Of a DNA stretch of 64,000 nucleotides, positions 1-11,387 are shown piece by piece. This stretch comes from Dicyema japonicum (lineage: Eukaryota > Animalia > Dicyemida): positions 843,574-907,573 of the forward strand of contig RDEW01000025.1 in the NCBI GenBank assembly GCA_011109175.1, in the 5' to 3' direction. The first letter of the stretch is position 1. Each line of letters starts with the position of its first letter. Made by a program: the position numbers and the translations under genes. Below the pieces are notes generated by a model. The model did no database searches. It worked only from the letters and a program-made list of their open reading frames with translations, and had not been told where the DNA came from.

Positions 1-192
1 TTTGCGAAAATTTGTGGTTCACAAAGATACAAGCACGTGGTTCATGTCACAATCGGAAAAGGTCATAATTCTGGTATCATCATTGGATCGTCGAGTTTGA
101 AAGACAGTGAGTGGGACTGTTGTGTTGAAGAAACGCTCTCAAACCCTAAGATTTTCATTTGTGTGGTGGTTTACACTTTATTTAAGATATAA
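1..192 (+). CDS. 3' end of a Tctex1-domain (dynein light chain Tctex-type) gene, truncated by the window start
   Basis: Frame 1 reads FAKICGSQRYKHVVHVTIGKGHNSGIIIGSSSLKDSEWDCCVEETLSNPKIFICVVVYTLFKI* (TAA 190-192). This matches the Tctex1 C-terminal pattern RYKxxVxVxIG..G....S..L.D...D..........VY. It is missing from the ORF track because there is no start codon. Confidence 0.8.
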   Translation, partial: FAKICGSQRYKHVVHVTIGKGHNSGIIIGSSSLKDSEWDCCVEETLSNPKIFICVVVYTLFKI

Positions 193-1884
193 TTTTTCCG
201 TAATAAAGTTTTAACAGGAAACTGACCGGATAAGACCAATAGCCTAGATGAGGCAACACCATGAAAGCGAATCACGTGGGGACGTGAGATATATCCTGCA
301 CTTCTGTCATCATCAACATCATACAACCATACAGTCTGACCTCGTTTGAGGAAACCCAACTGGGGGGAACGAAATATGCTATTTCTAAAAGAAGTCTATA
401 CCGACTGAAAATGAAAGGGGCAGATATCCAATGTGAACGTGCTGTCTGATGGGTTAAGTGGTGCCAATCAAAAACGGAGATTTTTCGTCTCTGAGATGCA
501 AAGGTTACCCGATCAATTGACTAACATTAAACTTATTGCTTGTAAATTGAAAATGGGCACTCAAATGGACTTAAGGGCCACTCAACACCTAACACACTTG
601 TCCAATTCATTTCTTAGTCCCTGAATACTCCCGATCCACACGAGAGAAGATTACCTGTTTATGTGAAAATATAGAAGGCTTTCGATTCAGTATCCCTGAA
701 GATCCTCACCAAAAAACATTTCATAACGTCGAACACTCCAAACTATGGTTAGTTAACTCCATCAACGGTCTCATGGGGATCATCTCGAAAAGGATCTCCT
801 GTGTGAGAGGCGTACCACAGAGCTTGATCCTGAGCCCGATCATGGATATGTTTGGCAAGTCGACCTTATCTGAAGGGAGACTCAGAGAATACATATGAAT
901 GTTCAAACCTGGTGTCACGTGGAGATGCCTGAGACTCTCCACGGAAAAATCGAACTCCTTAAGGATAAGTCGGATCAGAGGATAACATGAACACTTATAC
1001 ACCAAGACAGTGAGGAGAGAGCATTCAATATGTTCCTTGGGAGTTACATTTGAGGACATAAGTAGTTCGGATCGCTTAATCTATAATTGAGGAACATGGG
1101 GTCGCCAAAACAGGTTAGGGAGCATATTGATAGTTTCTACTCTGGGAGGCACTCAATATACGATACACTACGAAAATCCCCTTGGTCGGGTGCATACTCT
1201 CCAAAGTCTTTTGTAGCACTACCGTCTCATCCAACTTGAAGGCATCCAGGTGTCTCTTAAAGAATCTGGAGACAATTCCATCCCAGTTGATGACCACGGC
1301 GATTATTTTCACTTTTGCGGACAATCTCAAGTTCGTTCGCCAGTAGGTCATGCAACTTTTCTACCTCGGCTGCTTGTATATCAGCTAATTGATTTGCTCT
1401 CCTCAATATCTTCTGTCAGAATCCCTAGATCTCGAATGGAGGATATTTTTAATCAAAATGCTTGGAGATGCGAGGAAAATGCGTTTTGATCAATATTTTC
1501 CAATCGGAAGTGTTTAGAGATATCTCGACTACGATACATTCACCATCTGAATTTCCATATCAAAACGTGCACTTGAAAATGGTTGATGATCCTTTTATGT
1601 ACCGCCTGGCTCTGGGCGCTACCTGAGACAGTGACGCTAGTAGGAAAAAAAGAAGGCAGAACAGACAAAACAACAGAAAACTTCAATCAATTAAGGTGCC
1701 ACGCGGCTATATCTTTTTAAGAGACTGAGACAACTAGCTACACTCAAAGGTGACATCCGTGAAACACAGTGGCTCCATTGCATTGTGAAAGGAAAATTAA
1801 AAAAAATAGAAAATATTTAAAACGTGTGAATAATCAATATTTAATTAATTTAAATTAACTGGTTGATGATGATAAAAAATTTTA

Positions 1885-2360
1885 ATGACTCGTAACGATC
1901 CTCTTGCTGATGCTCTCAAATGTGTCACCAACGCTGAGAGAAAGGGAAAGAGGCAGGTCATCATCCCTGCTTCGAAAATGATAGTCCAGTTTCTAAGGAT
2001 GATGCAGAAATATCGTAGCATTTTGACATTCAATTTATAGTGTATATCTCCAGTTTTGAGTTGGTGGTCGCCAATGGCTCGAACAAGATTGTCGTCAATT
2101 TCGTTGGAGGGATCAATCGAGTAGAATTCAAATTTATGCTTTAGTGTGGAGTTATAAAGCCACGTTTTGACGTAGCTGACGTAGACATTGAGTAGTGGAC
2201 CACCAACCTACTGCCATCTCGTCAGTTCGGGTTTTGTTGGTCTCTTATCTTTAGACACGTTATATTTACCACTTCCAAGGGAGTCGTTGAACACGGGTAT
2301 GCAAGGAAGAACAAAGTTGGTGGAAAGATCCTTGGATTTTTCTATCAAGTTCTTATTTGA
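1885..2360 (+). pseudogene. RPS15A: 40S ribosomal protein S15a (uS8), intron-containing, apparently disabled
   Basis: [37 protein letters not shown]...CGVIS(P)RFDV...NLLPSRQFG...GGKILGFFY, with three GT-AG introns (26, 24, 24 nt). Lesions: 1-nt deletion near 2160, in-frame TAG near 2192, and a missing Arg codon in IRP. Confidence 0.85.
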
Positions 2361-2399
2361 ACCATTTTTCTAAAATAATCTATTTTTTTATGGGCGAGA

Positions 2400-2630
2400 T
2401 GACGGACTCGGGAGTCATTGGAAACCCAAAGTCCTGAAGTAAGCGTCTAATTCACACAGATCCACATTCGAACACAGTCCAATCCAAAACTGAAAGAAGT
2501 CGAAGGATCATCTATCAGAAGCTTCACGGATGATAATTAGCTCAGACATGCGTTGATGACTTAAGCGCTTTTCACAGAAAACAAGTAAGGTTCCTGCAAA
2601 CCGTTTTATGGAGTCTACTTCCTCTGCTAA
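2400..2630 (+). mobile_element. decayed RTE-clade LINE fragment
   Basis: Reads DDLSAFHRKQVRFLQTVLW, which resembles KLDSFHRGQLRKITGTTW of the RTE copy at 23436-23972. Confidence 0.4.
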
Positions 2631-2639
2631 GAGGCTTTT

Positions 2640-3600
2640 AGAGGGAAGTCAAGAACAACGTAGTCATCAATAAGGACACTAGAAGACTCGGGTGATATAT
2701 ACCAGGGGTTCTCGACCTTTTTTTACTCGTCGACTCTTTGACTTTTCATATGGAATCTTCTTGTCATCCAAAAATAATTTGACTACGGAAAAAATTGAAA
2801 ATCCAGTCGTATCAGTTTCCAAATTTGACGAATAATAATCTTCTCTAAGATGAGCATGCTCGTCAAAATATCTTAAAGGGTAAGCTTCTAATAAGATTAA
2901 CCTGAGATATCCCATTAGAATTGATTGGTTGTCACACATATGACTTTCGTCAATTTGAAGCAAAAAATAGTATTTTTAAGCCTTTCACATAAAATATGTT
3001 CAACATTATCTGACATTTCGTCAATCCTGCGGCGAATTGAATCATTGTTAATTGGCACGGATTTTAAAATTTCGTCGGGATTTTATCAGATCTGATCACT
3101 GATGTAGATGGTTTGATGAGATTTTCACCAGAAACATGGGAACTCTCATTTTTGGCAATAATCATTGCAATTTTATAAATTGCAATTAGTCTTCCTAAAT
3201 GTAATTTAAAATAACAACTATTGTTTTTTTCATTACTATTTGTAAAAACAATGTCAATCGTTTTTTGTTTACTTAAAGAATCCTTTAATTTTTCAAAATA
3301 CTCTAATGGTTTATCTTTTTTATCCAAATGCCAAATATTCATTTTTACATTGACGAATTTTTAATGTAGAAGGACGACTCATACACTAACAAAAACAAGC
3401 ATGGTAATTTTAAAATTTTAAAGAACAAAGGTTTGCCACTTTAAAAATAAACTAACTTAATTTAAAATTTAAAAAGAAAAAAATTTAATATATTAAATTT
3501 ATTTTCGACCCCCAAGTATTTTATTTTCGACTCCCTTTGGATCGATCTGGATTGATTTCAGACCTCAGGGGGTCGAATCGACCCCAGGTTGAGACAGTAT
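2640..3600 (-). mobile_element. hAT (Buster/Charlie/ZBED5-like) transposon relic with its 5' terminus
   Basis: KDKPLEYF..L..YKIAMIIAKNESSHVSGENLIKP..VPINNDSIRRRIDEMSDNV..LQIDES is the Buster-type transposase N-terminus, with frameshifts. Terminal sequence GGGGTCGAATCGACCCCAGGTTGAGA at about 3568-3593 resembles Charlie-type ends. Confidence 0.8.
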
Positions 3601-5742
3601 TGAATTAATAATAAAATAATTAACATATAAAATCCTTAAAACGTGTAAATAATCAATTCTTAAAAAATATAAATTAATTGGTCGGCGGTGAAAAAGGGAG
3701 GTTGGTATTATGAATCCATGTTCGAATAAATGGTGGAAAATGGAAGATATGTGATCAAAGTGTATAAAATTACATTAATTGTTAGATCATAATATTTAAA
3801 ATATTTTAATAATTAATTTTTGATATAATTAAATTTAAATTTGATTTTAATTAACTTCAAATGCATTCACAGTTTCCTGGGAGATTTGTCCCTCACAATT
3901 GCTTATAACCGAAGCATTTGGTAGAATTAGAGTTATAATTCGTGATGTGATCTGTAAATTAAAAATGACGATTATAAACCATTTACTTTTCGAGATATCA
4001 TAACATAATTTGATTCATATTTCGTTTAATTTCATGTGATATATACGCACTTCAAAATTCTCGTATAACAAATTTTCTTCATATTTTAGAATGTCGGTTG
4101 ACAATATTAATGTTTGAGTCATTTAATGGAGTTAGCATTACTAATTCTCGTGAGGAGACTCTCAAATGTTATTAATAGCCTTATTCATATCTGGCTATTA
4201 ATCGAAATAGTGTTTATCAACCATTTACTGTTCGAGGTATCATAATAGAATTTCTTTCAAAATTCGTTTGATCTCGATATTCACATATTAGTGCCTTCAC
4301 AATATTATTACTCCTAATAACTCTCTACGGATGTCCACTGTTCAATGACAATTTATCTAAATTTACATAAATGTACTTATTTTAACTCTTACGTATATAT
4401 CTTTGTGTACCAGTCCAATCTGACTAGTGTTTACAGCTCATTATAGTTAGCCTATATTTATGTTAAATGTTACTTAATTATCACATTTATTGTCTAATAA
4501 TTACTTCATTACAGTAATACTCATTCCGAGTATCACTTCCACCTATGCCCTCGAGACAAATAAAGGAAAATCGCGGTGTGCCAAAAAGACGAATTTCCAA
4601 ATTCTCAATTGAAATCGGCTGAAAGAGAACTTGTTCATCAAAGATCAATATTCCCTCCTTTTAAGTTCACCGACAATGACAAACTCTGAATCATGCACAC
4701 TAAGAATTACGTACTTTTGGTAGTTGCTTGGTAAGGGAGGGAGTTTGGTTTGTTCGCTAGACAGGGAGAAATCAAACTCAGCTTACGATTTATGACTAAT
4801 CAAGTGTACCAAGTTCCACGGCGCACGGGGAGAAATGCGTGTATCCAAAAACGCAGTTGTGAAATTCTCTTAAAGAAATGATCTAGGAGTAAAGGAGAGC
4901 AATTGCCCTGTCACTGGGCTTCCTGAGGAAGGTGGGTCATATAACGTCACGATAATTGAACGAAGGAAAAAGGCACAGACAATAATGAGATTTGTGGGTC
5001 CTAGGTTCGCACGTGTTAGAAAAAAAATTATGTTATTGCACTAACTAATCGCTCCAGTTCCTCAAGAAGCTGAGGCATCTGACTACACTCAAAAGCCACG
5101 ACGTACATGAGGCCCAGTGGTTGCTCCAGTTGATCTCCGTTGCAAATGTGAGAGGCAACGCTAGGTCTATTAAGTCGACGGGGACTGAATAATACTAAAT
5201 CTCTGACTAACTTAGATCAGAATCCACTTGGTAAGGAAGGCCATGGAAGAAAAGCTGTTAATCTCAAAGAATTTCTAATTCTGGTTCACTAATGTAAAGA
5301 CCGGAAAGAGGTCAGATCTCGCACACTGTGACATAGCTCTGATACATCTCTTCAAGGTGGATATAACCTACCGTCCCCCTTCTTAATGGACTCAAGATAT
5401 CGGAAACTAAAATTCTGAAATGAGTTCATGTACCCTTAGCCTACTTCCACCACGGTCACAATGCGACTTTACACGATTTAGAACAGAATCGGAGAATCAG
5501 TACCCTTCCTGCCTTCCAGACCACAAGGCCGCCTCCTTTCTTTTCCTAGTCGGCCTTCTATCTTTGCGCCTCACCAGATACACTTGACTGATCTCTGAGA
5601 CTGTCCACCTTCGATTAAATTTCTCTTTCCACAACATAAATCAAGTTTGTTAGCAATAAATCATTTAAACTGACACAATTGCTTCCTGCGGTTTGCACGA
5701 CAAAAATCGACTTTAATACGAATTTTGAATGAATTTAGAAAA

Positions 5743-6223
5743 ATGAAGAAAAAAAGTACCGTTCGCCTTGTAACACCGTAGGTACCTTCCAGTCACTCAC
5801 ATTCAAATATTTGTTGTCCAGACCATCAACGTTTGGCTTGAGGAACAAGTCGACTGCATCCCCCTGGGGGTTTGAGAATACATATCGACTGGAACCCGTT
5901 CGAGGTGAGACTTTGAACACAAAATTACTCAAACAGCATGTGAATTTGCTTTTATCGGAGTATTCAAGCTCCAAATACGATCCTTCATTGACCCCCCATA
6001 TAACGAAAAAAATTGCTTCCACAGTTCTTCAAATCGCTAAATCTTGTGGATCCCCTCGGTATAAGCACGTTGTCACGTGACAATCCAAGAAAGTGCTAAT
6101 CAAGGGACAATTGCGGCTTCCGGGTGCTTACGACAGGCGGAATCCGATCTCTGCGTATGTGAGTCATTGACTACAAGAAGTCTCTCCATATTTGTGATAG
6201 TTTATTCGTTATATTCCTGCTGA
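5743..6223 (+). CDS. Tctex1-domain protein, second paralog; one -1 frameshift near 6072
   Basis: ATG 5743, 23-nt intron 5770-5792, then FENTYRLEP...KYDPSLTPHITKKIASTV..KSCGSPRYKHVV. Restoring one C gives (H)VTIQESANQGTIAASGCL..SD..SLSIFVIVYSLYSC*, collinear with the paralog at 1-192. Confidence 0.8.
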
Positions 6224-6289
6224 CATTTTGAATTTGATTATCTTTACCCTTATTTTATATTCCCCCAAATATCGGTGGATATCCCCTCC

Positions 6290-6992
6290 TGTTGATTACT
6301 TGGGGGCTGTTTCTTCTCATATAGCATTATTAGGACGACCTACAGCGAATCGAGAACGAAAGTTGGAGTATTGAAGTCGATTAGTATTTGTATATTAGGG
6401 GGTTGCTTCCGGGAGACCAAAGTCTTTGGGCTCCGGGGGAAGTATGGTTGCAATGAACTAAACTTAAAGGACTTGACGGAAAAGAATCACAAGGAGTGAA
6501 GCCTGCGGCTCAATTTGACTCAACACAAAAAACTCACTCGGGGGTAGTGGTGGATGGTCGCTGCTGGTTGGTGGAGTGATCTGTTTGGTCAATGAACGAG
6601 ACTCAACCCTACTTACTAGTTGTTCGATTCTAGTCCTTCGACTTCTTAGAGGACTCACTGTTTAAAGCACTTGAAAGTGATCATTAACGGGCCTTTGATT
6701 ACCTCAGACGTTAGGGGTTGCACGTGTCTTGCTTAGCAAAGTTAAACCTTAAAATTTCTACGTGACAGGAATCGAGACTTGTAATTACTCCTTGTACACA
6801 AGGAACTCCTAGTAATCGCAGGTAGCCTGCAGTGATTACGTCCCTCCCCTTCGTATCGCCTGTCGCTACTATCGATGAATGATTTGGTGAGGTTGTTGGA
6901 TCTTGTCCTTTGTGGATACGAGTATACACCCGAGCCTACTGATTTAAAGGAAGTAAATAAAGGTTTCTGTAGGTGAACCAGCAGAAGGATAA
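6290..6992 (+). pseudogene. degenerate 18S rRNA pseudogene (3' half)
   Basis: Conserved SSU blocks occur in order: GAGAACGAAAGTT, AAAGTCTTTGGGCTCCGGGGGAAGTATGGTTGC, AAACTTAAAGGACTTGACGGAA, GCCTGCGGCTCAATTTGACTCAACAC, GTTGGTGGAGTGATCTG, ACTTCTTAGAGG, GTCGCTACT, AAGGTTTCTGTAGGTGAACCAGCAGAAGGAT. Multiple internal deletions remove universally conserved segments. Confidence 0.9.
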
Positions 6993-7299
6993 ACGGTTAT
7001 GTGCAGGCTTGTTGGTAAGCTAAGCCCAGAGAGGTGCAGTGCGTTAGTGCCTACTGTACTTCATATAGAGCAACCAACATAGTAGTTAGGTTACCCCCGT
7101 CTCACTAACTTGTAGGAGGCCAGAGGCAGTTTGTGACAAATGATCCTCCAAATTCAATATTGGCTGAACAAGTTGTGAGTTCGGATTTTGTGTGGATTCA
7201 ACACTTTCTCTTTCAGCCTGCCATGGTAATGACCAAGCACATGCAACTCGAGAAACTAGTGACGATGTAATCTTCCTTCACTTACCCCTGTCATAAGCG

Positions 7300-7492
7300 A
7301 GCTCTCGTAGTCATCCAGATCCTCTCCCTCTTTTAAGCGTCTTCCAGTCTTTTGGAGGTCTCCGTTGAGGAGTATCGTGACGATAGTCCTCGGAATCGTG
7401 GAGCGTCAGAGGCGAATAGTCCTCCATGGCCACGCTAGCTGGGGCCTCCAGGTCCATTCACAGAACGTCTCCAAAGAGCCTTCATCTAGCCT
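7300..7492 (-). mobile_element. RTE-clade LINE 3' fragment
   Basis: AR*RLFGDVL*MDLEAPASVAMEDY matches RWRLFGHILQMDLGAPANIAMEDY at 36897-37175. Nucleotide similarity to 29285-29400. Confidence 0.65.
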
Positions 7493-7575
7493 CACGTGTT
7501 ATATTTTAAATTCAATTAACGGCCAATTAAACGATTAATTCTCATTATTTAAACAGAATTGAACGTTCGTCGACG

Positions 7576-8010
7576 ATGGCAACGACGAAGGAGAAAATAA
7601 AGAAAATCAAGTTATCCTCTGTTTTTGAATTTAGAGACAACATGACTCCACAAAGACACTCTTTCGGGGACAGCAGTTTCGCAGAATTAGAGAATAAAAA
7701 AATTCCCGTCAATCTAGACAAACACGTGAATATGAATCATACAGCAAAGGTAGAGAACATGAAGAAGATCAAAAATAATATTTTCGAGAAAAAGAAGGAG
7801 AAATATGAAAGTCTTAAGGCGAATATTCCGCAGAATAAACAGTCAAACATAAAATGTGTCTCATTTGACCCAACATACACGAAACCGTTCAATTCAAAGA
7901 CTTATAATATGAAGGACTTTAAAAAACGTCATTTCAGCAAAATGATTGACGCTGAGCGAAGTAAGAGCTTCGAATTGAGCGGGAAAGTCGAGGATTTCTT
8001 AAAATTTTAG
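7576..8010 (+). CDS. orphan Lys-rich ORF (possibly the first exon of a longer gene)
   Basis: 144-aa open frame starting right after an AT island. Candidate downstream acceptor TTTCTCCTCAG near 8052. No recognisable family. Confidence 0.45.
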   Translation: MATTKEKIKKIKLSSVFEFRDNMTPQRHSFGDSSFAELENKKIPVNLDKHVNMNHTAKVENMKKIKNNIFEKKKEKYESLKANIPQNKQSNIKCVSFDPTYTKPFNSKTYNMKDFKKRHFSKMIDAERSKSFELSGKVEDFLKF

Positions 8011-8339
8011 TTTAATGAGTGACTTTATCTAATATTTTCCTTTTTCTCCTCAGGGAGACCTACTGCTCCAGTTGTAGCCAGGCGGAGTTTGAACCCAGAT
8101 ATTAGAGCATCTGATACTTCCTTGTTTTAATATTTGGGGGTCTTCTGTCTCACGAGTCCATTAAGCACGAGAAATTATATCCACCTTGAAGTGATGGGCC
8201 TTATAGTGTGCTAGAACAATGCCATAGCGCGCCAGACATAGGCTCAGTCTTCCGATCGATTAACCCCGGGGCTAGTCAAGCGTATTAGGCGTCTATCAAC
8301 TCTGTCATTCCATCAATTCACGTTAAAGATGAGGGCGAA

Positions 8340-8700
8340 GCGATGAACGTGAGTGTCACTCACTCATAAAGATTCAGCACGTGCCTTATTTGTATACAAG
8401 ATAGCACTACTCTTATTAGCGTCTGCATGATCCTCGATACAAGTCTTTTCCAACCTCTCCTGTTTGATGCCAGGCTCCGAGGATTACTGAGGTTTTCACT
8501 GTCCCGTAGTGTTATGTACACTGGTCTCAGGTCTCCATTCAGAACTTCGCGGAGTATTGTACGTGGACGACCTCGGAACTTCTCCACAGACGTTTGTTGA
8601 CGTGTCCCCACTTTCCAAGACGTCGTATATTCGATGTCTTCCGAGTCCATCAATTCTTCCATCTACACGAAAATGGAAAGAGAAGTCATAGCCAGGTACA
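8340..8700 (-). mobile_element. RTE-clade LINE 3' fragment
   Basis: FRGRPRTILREVLNGDL..ITLRDSENLSNPRSLASNRRGWKRLV is a typical RTE C-terminal motif, the same family as 23332-23559. Confidence 0.65.
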
Positions 8701-8778
8701 TCCTCACCTCATCACCGGACCGGATGACCCCTAGAACCGCTGGTCCCGAAGACGCTAAATCTTAGAAAAACCGCAAAA

Positions 8779-9707
8779 TCAACGCCTACACAGTTGAACA
8801 TGGTAATATAAAAGTTTTATAGCAGCAACAGACTTGGACTTTATCAGATCCCCCGAACGAGCCATAACTCCCATTTTTCTATAATCGTCCCAGCATTCCA
8901 AATAAACGCAGACGTCTAAAACTAACCAAATTATTAACCTGAAGACCGCGTGGGGACTCTTCGATAGAAATACCTCCACTTATTACTCCTCGCTACCCTC
9001 TTGAACGCCTTGATTGGGCCAAATTCGAATATTTCCGCTGGAAATGCCGAATAAACGACGGTAAGAATTTCCTCGAAGTAATTTCCGTTTAATTTGTCTA
9101 TTTTGTACAGTTTTTCAGGGCGGATCTTTTCCTTCAGCTACAAAAGTCAAGATAAAACAGAAAACCAAAGGGATCTCTTCCATAGGGACAGCCTCGTCGA
9201 AGTCATCTTCTTCAAGTCCCGTGAGCTTTAGATAGTTCAGCAGCTCGTGTGCTGCGTGATGTTTAGCCTCTTTTTTAGTTCTCCAAATCCGAGGGCCAAC
9301 TTGTTCTCGAGTCTGACGCTACAAGTGAAGGGACCGTGCAAGGAATCATTCCAGGAGTAACTGGGAGACTTCTGTTTGAAGGAAAACAGCAGTTCCTGAA
9401 GCTGGCCAACATAATTCGTAAATTGACAAAAATTTCTGCTGATTAAAAGACCACGTGGACTCGTTTGAGTGCTGAAATTGCTGGATTTTGTTAGTAATTA
9501 TATTTTGAATGGCGGACAATTTCGCCTCCTCTTTTGTGGTTCCTTTGAATTTTCATATTATAAGAGACCTTTGCCGGTCCCTGTGATGTCTTTGAAGTGA
9601 ACCTTGCATGTGTGATCCGATTCCTGGTTGTAGGAAAAAGTCACGTTTTGAAAACCACCGTCAAAGTACTCTTGATTGCAGAATAAAACCAAATCGTTAA
9701 TTAGCAT
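8779..9707 (-). CDS. multi-dsRBD protein, TRBP/PACT/Loquacious-like
   Basis: Domain 1: HTCKVHFKDITGTGKG[intron]TTKEEAKLSAI. Domain 2: NYVGQLQELL..PSY..HGPFTCSVRLENKLALGFGELKKEAKHHAAHELLNYL. Degenerate domain 3: GVMARSGDLIKSKSVAAIKLL. Micro-introns present. Confidence 0.75.
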
Positions 9708-9811
9708 TATTTATAATAATTTTAAATTTAATTTTTTTATATTAATTATTAAAATTTAATATTCTGTATGTTTTATTTTTGTACGTTTTGTTAAACGCAA
9801 AGTCGCATAAA

Positions 9812-10955
9812 ATGTTCCCTAATCGATTTCCCCGCAAGCACGAGAGAAGGCGGTTCCGGGCACCGGTGAGTATAATGGCGGTTCAAGGCGCAAGATGGGA
9901 ACTGGGTTTGACCTATTTTGTATTTTTTGAAGACCCCGTGGTTCTAAATCAATCAAAGAAATCTGGGAATGGTAGTCTGGTGTTTGTCCAATAGCCACTA
10001 CCGAATCAAATATTTGGAAGATGTTAAGGGAGAGGGTTTTGCTCTCTACAAATGTAAGCAGACGAGCCATTTCACTTGTCCTGGTCTGCCTTCTATTTCT
10101 GCATTACTCGCAGATATTTTTGGTGAGCCAACCAGTCGAACGAGGTGACGATTGAACATAGCACTACTCATCTCTGAGTTGTGTTTGCCAAGAAGTTAAT
10201 GCACGTGGTGACGTATCTTTATTACACGAAATATCTACTTCGCTCGATAAAGGATAAAAGTTCGTCTTCCTTCTTCTAGTGTGTCCTGATGACACGGGGG
10301 ATATCAAAATCCGAAGTTATGAACAAAAAGTGTAGTAATAAATTGGAGCCTTAACGAAGATAGATGATGTCAGCGGGAGTTCCTCAAATTTATGGCCTGA
10401 CGGTCTTCAAAAACTGAATTTGGCTTCTTTTGGTTAGAATATTATGTATACTCAATATTTTATGAGTCCCTCATTTCGCATGAGAGAGGAATGAAAAAAG
10501 AGTCTTCAATGGGGATGGAGGATGTAGATGCCTTGAAAACCAATAATACTGATTGGAGTCGCGCGAAAAATTTTATCCTCAATTTGGTCAAGGATAATAA
10601 CACTGATCACGTGGCTCTGTAAAGAATTTTAAATCGCTTATTACTGATCAACCCCTTCCACCATGGTCTCCCCTCATTGATGATATAAAGGAGGTGCTCG
10701 ACTTGTCTAAGAAGAGATATTTATGGGGATTTAAATATTCAATGTCTTCTAGTTACTGTGGTGTGGAAAACTACTTATTGGGATCTGTGAAAGATTCCGC
10801 GGACCTCCACGTGTAACGTTTTCGGAAATTCTTGATAAGACCTGAGGTATGTGTATAGAACACTAAGTATGAGTGAAGACTTCAAGAATCTGATTAGTCT
10901 GCTTCAGACGAAGGAGTGTAGAACCGGGTGGTAAACAGATGATGACTTGAATTGA
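9812..10955 (+). CDS. unidentified multi-exon gene, divergent from the dsRBD gene (3' end approximate)
   Basis: ATG 9812 (MFPNRFPRKHERRRFRAP) is followed by several 22-27-nt GT-AG candidates joining coding-like blocks (PRGSKSIKEIWECHYRIKYL..., KNFKSLITDQPLPPWSPLIDDIKEVL...). The full splice path was not resolved. Confidence 0.35.
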
Positions 10956-11084
10956 TGACTTAGATCTCCAAAGGCTTCACACGTGTAGTCAGTATCTAAA
11001 ATTGTTAGTACTGATTAAAAACCTATTTACTCCACGTGTTGATACGAGATTTTCCATCCATAATCACTATGATATTTTCACTCA

Positions 11085-11387
11085 TCGAAATGACAAAAAC
11101 CGATCTAAATGAGATGTAAGTCGATCTGAATGAGACATAAACCAATTGAGGTAAATACTGATCGAAATGAACTTTGCATATTTTTAAATTAAAAAGTAGA
11201 CATATTTAAAGTAACTATTCATCGATCTAACTTAGTAATATACCGATCGAAATGAGACATATAACGATCTAAATGAGATATGTACCGATCGAAATGAGAC
11301 ATGTACTAATCTAAATGAGACATGTACTGATCTAAATGAAATAAATACCGATCTAAATAAGATGTGTGCCAATCTAAATAAGACATA
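11085..11387. repeat. 21-bp minisatellite, consensus TACCGATC(G/T)AAATGAGACATG
   Basis: Seven consecutive units start at 11241, 11262, 11283, 11304, 11325, 11346 and 11367, plus degenerate units at 11085-11175. Confidence 0.9.

Noticed and set aside
420-470. Gypsy RNase H-like NVLSDGLS motif (and VKLLG near 50230)
   Set aside because: Single short motifs without collinear support.
6290-6992. Functional 18S rRNA gene
   Set aside because: Only the 3' half is recognisable, universally conserved segments are deleted, and no 5.8S/28S follows.
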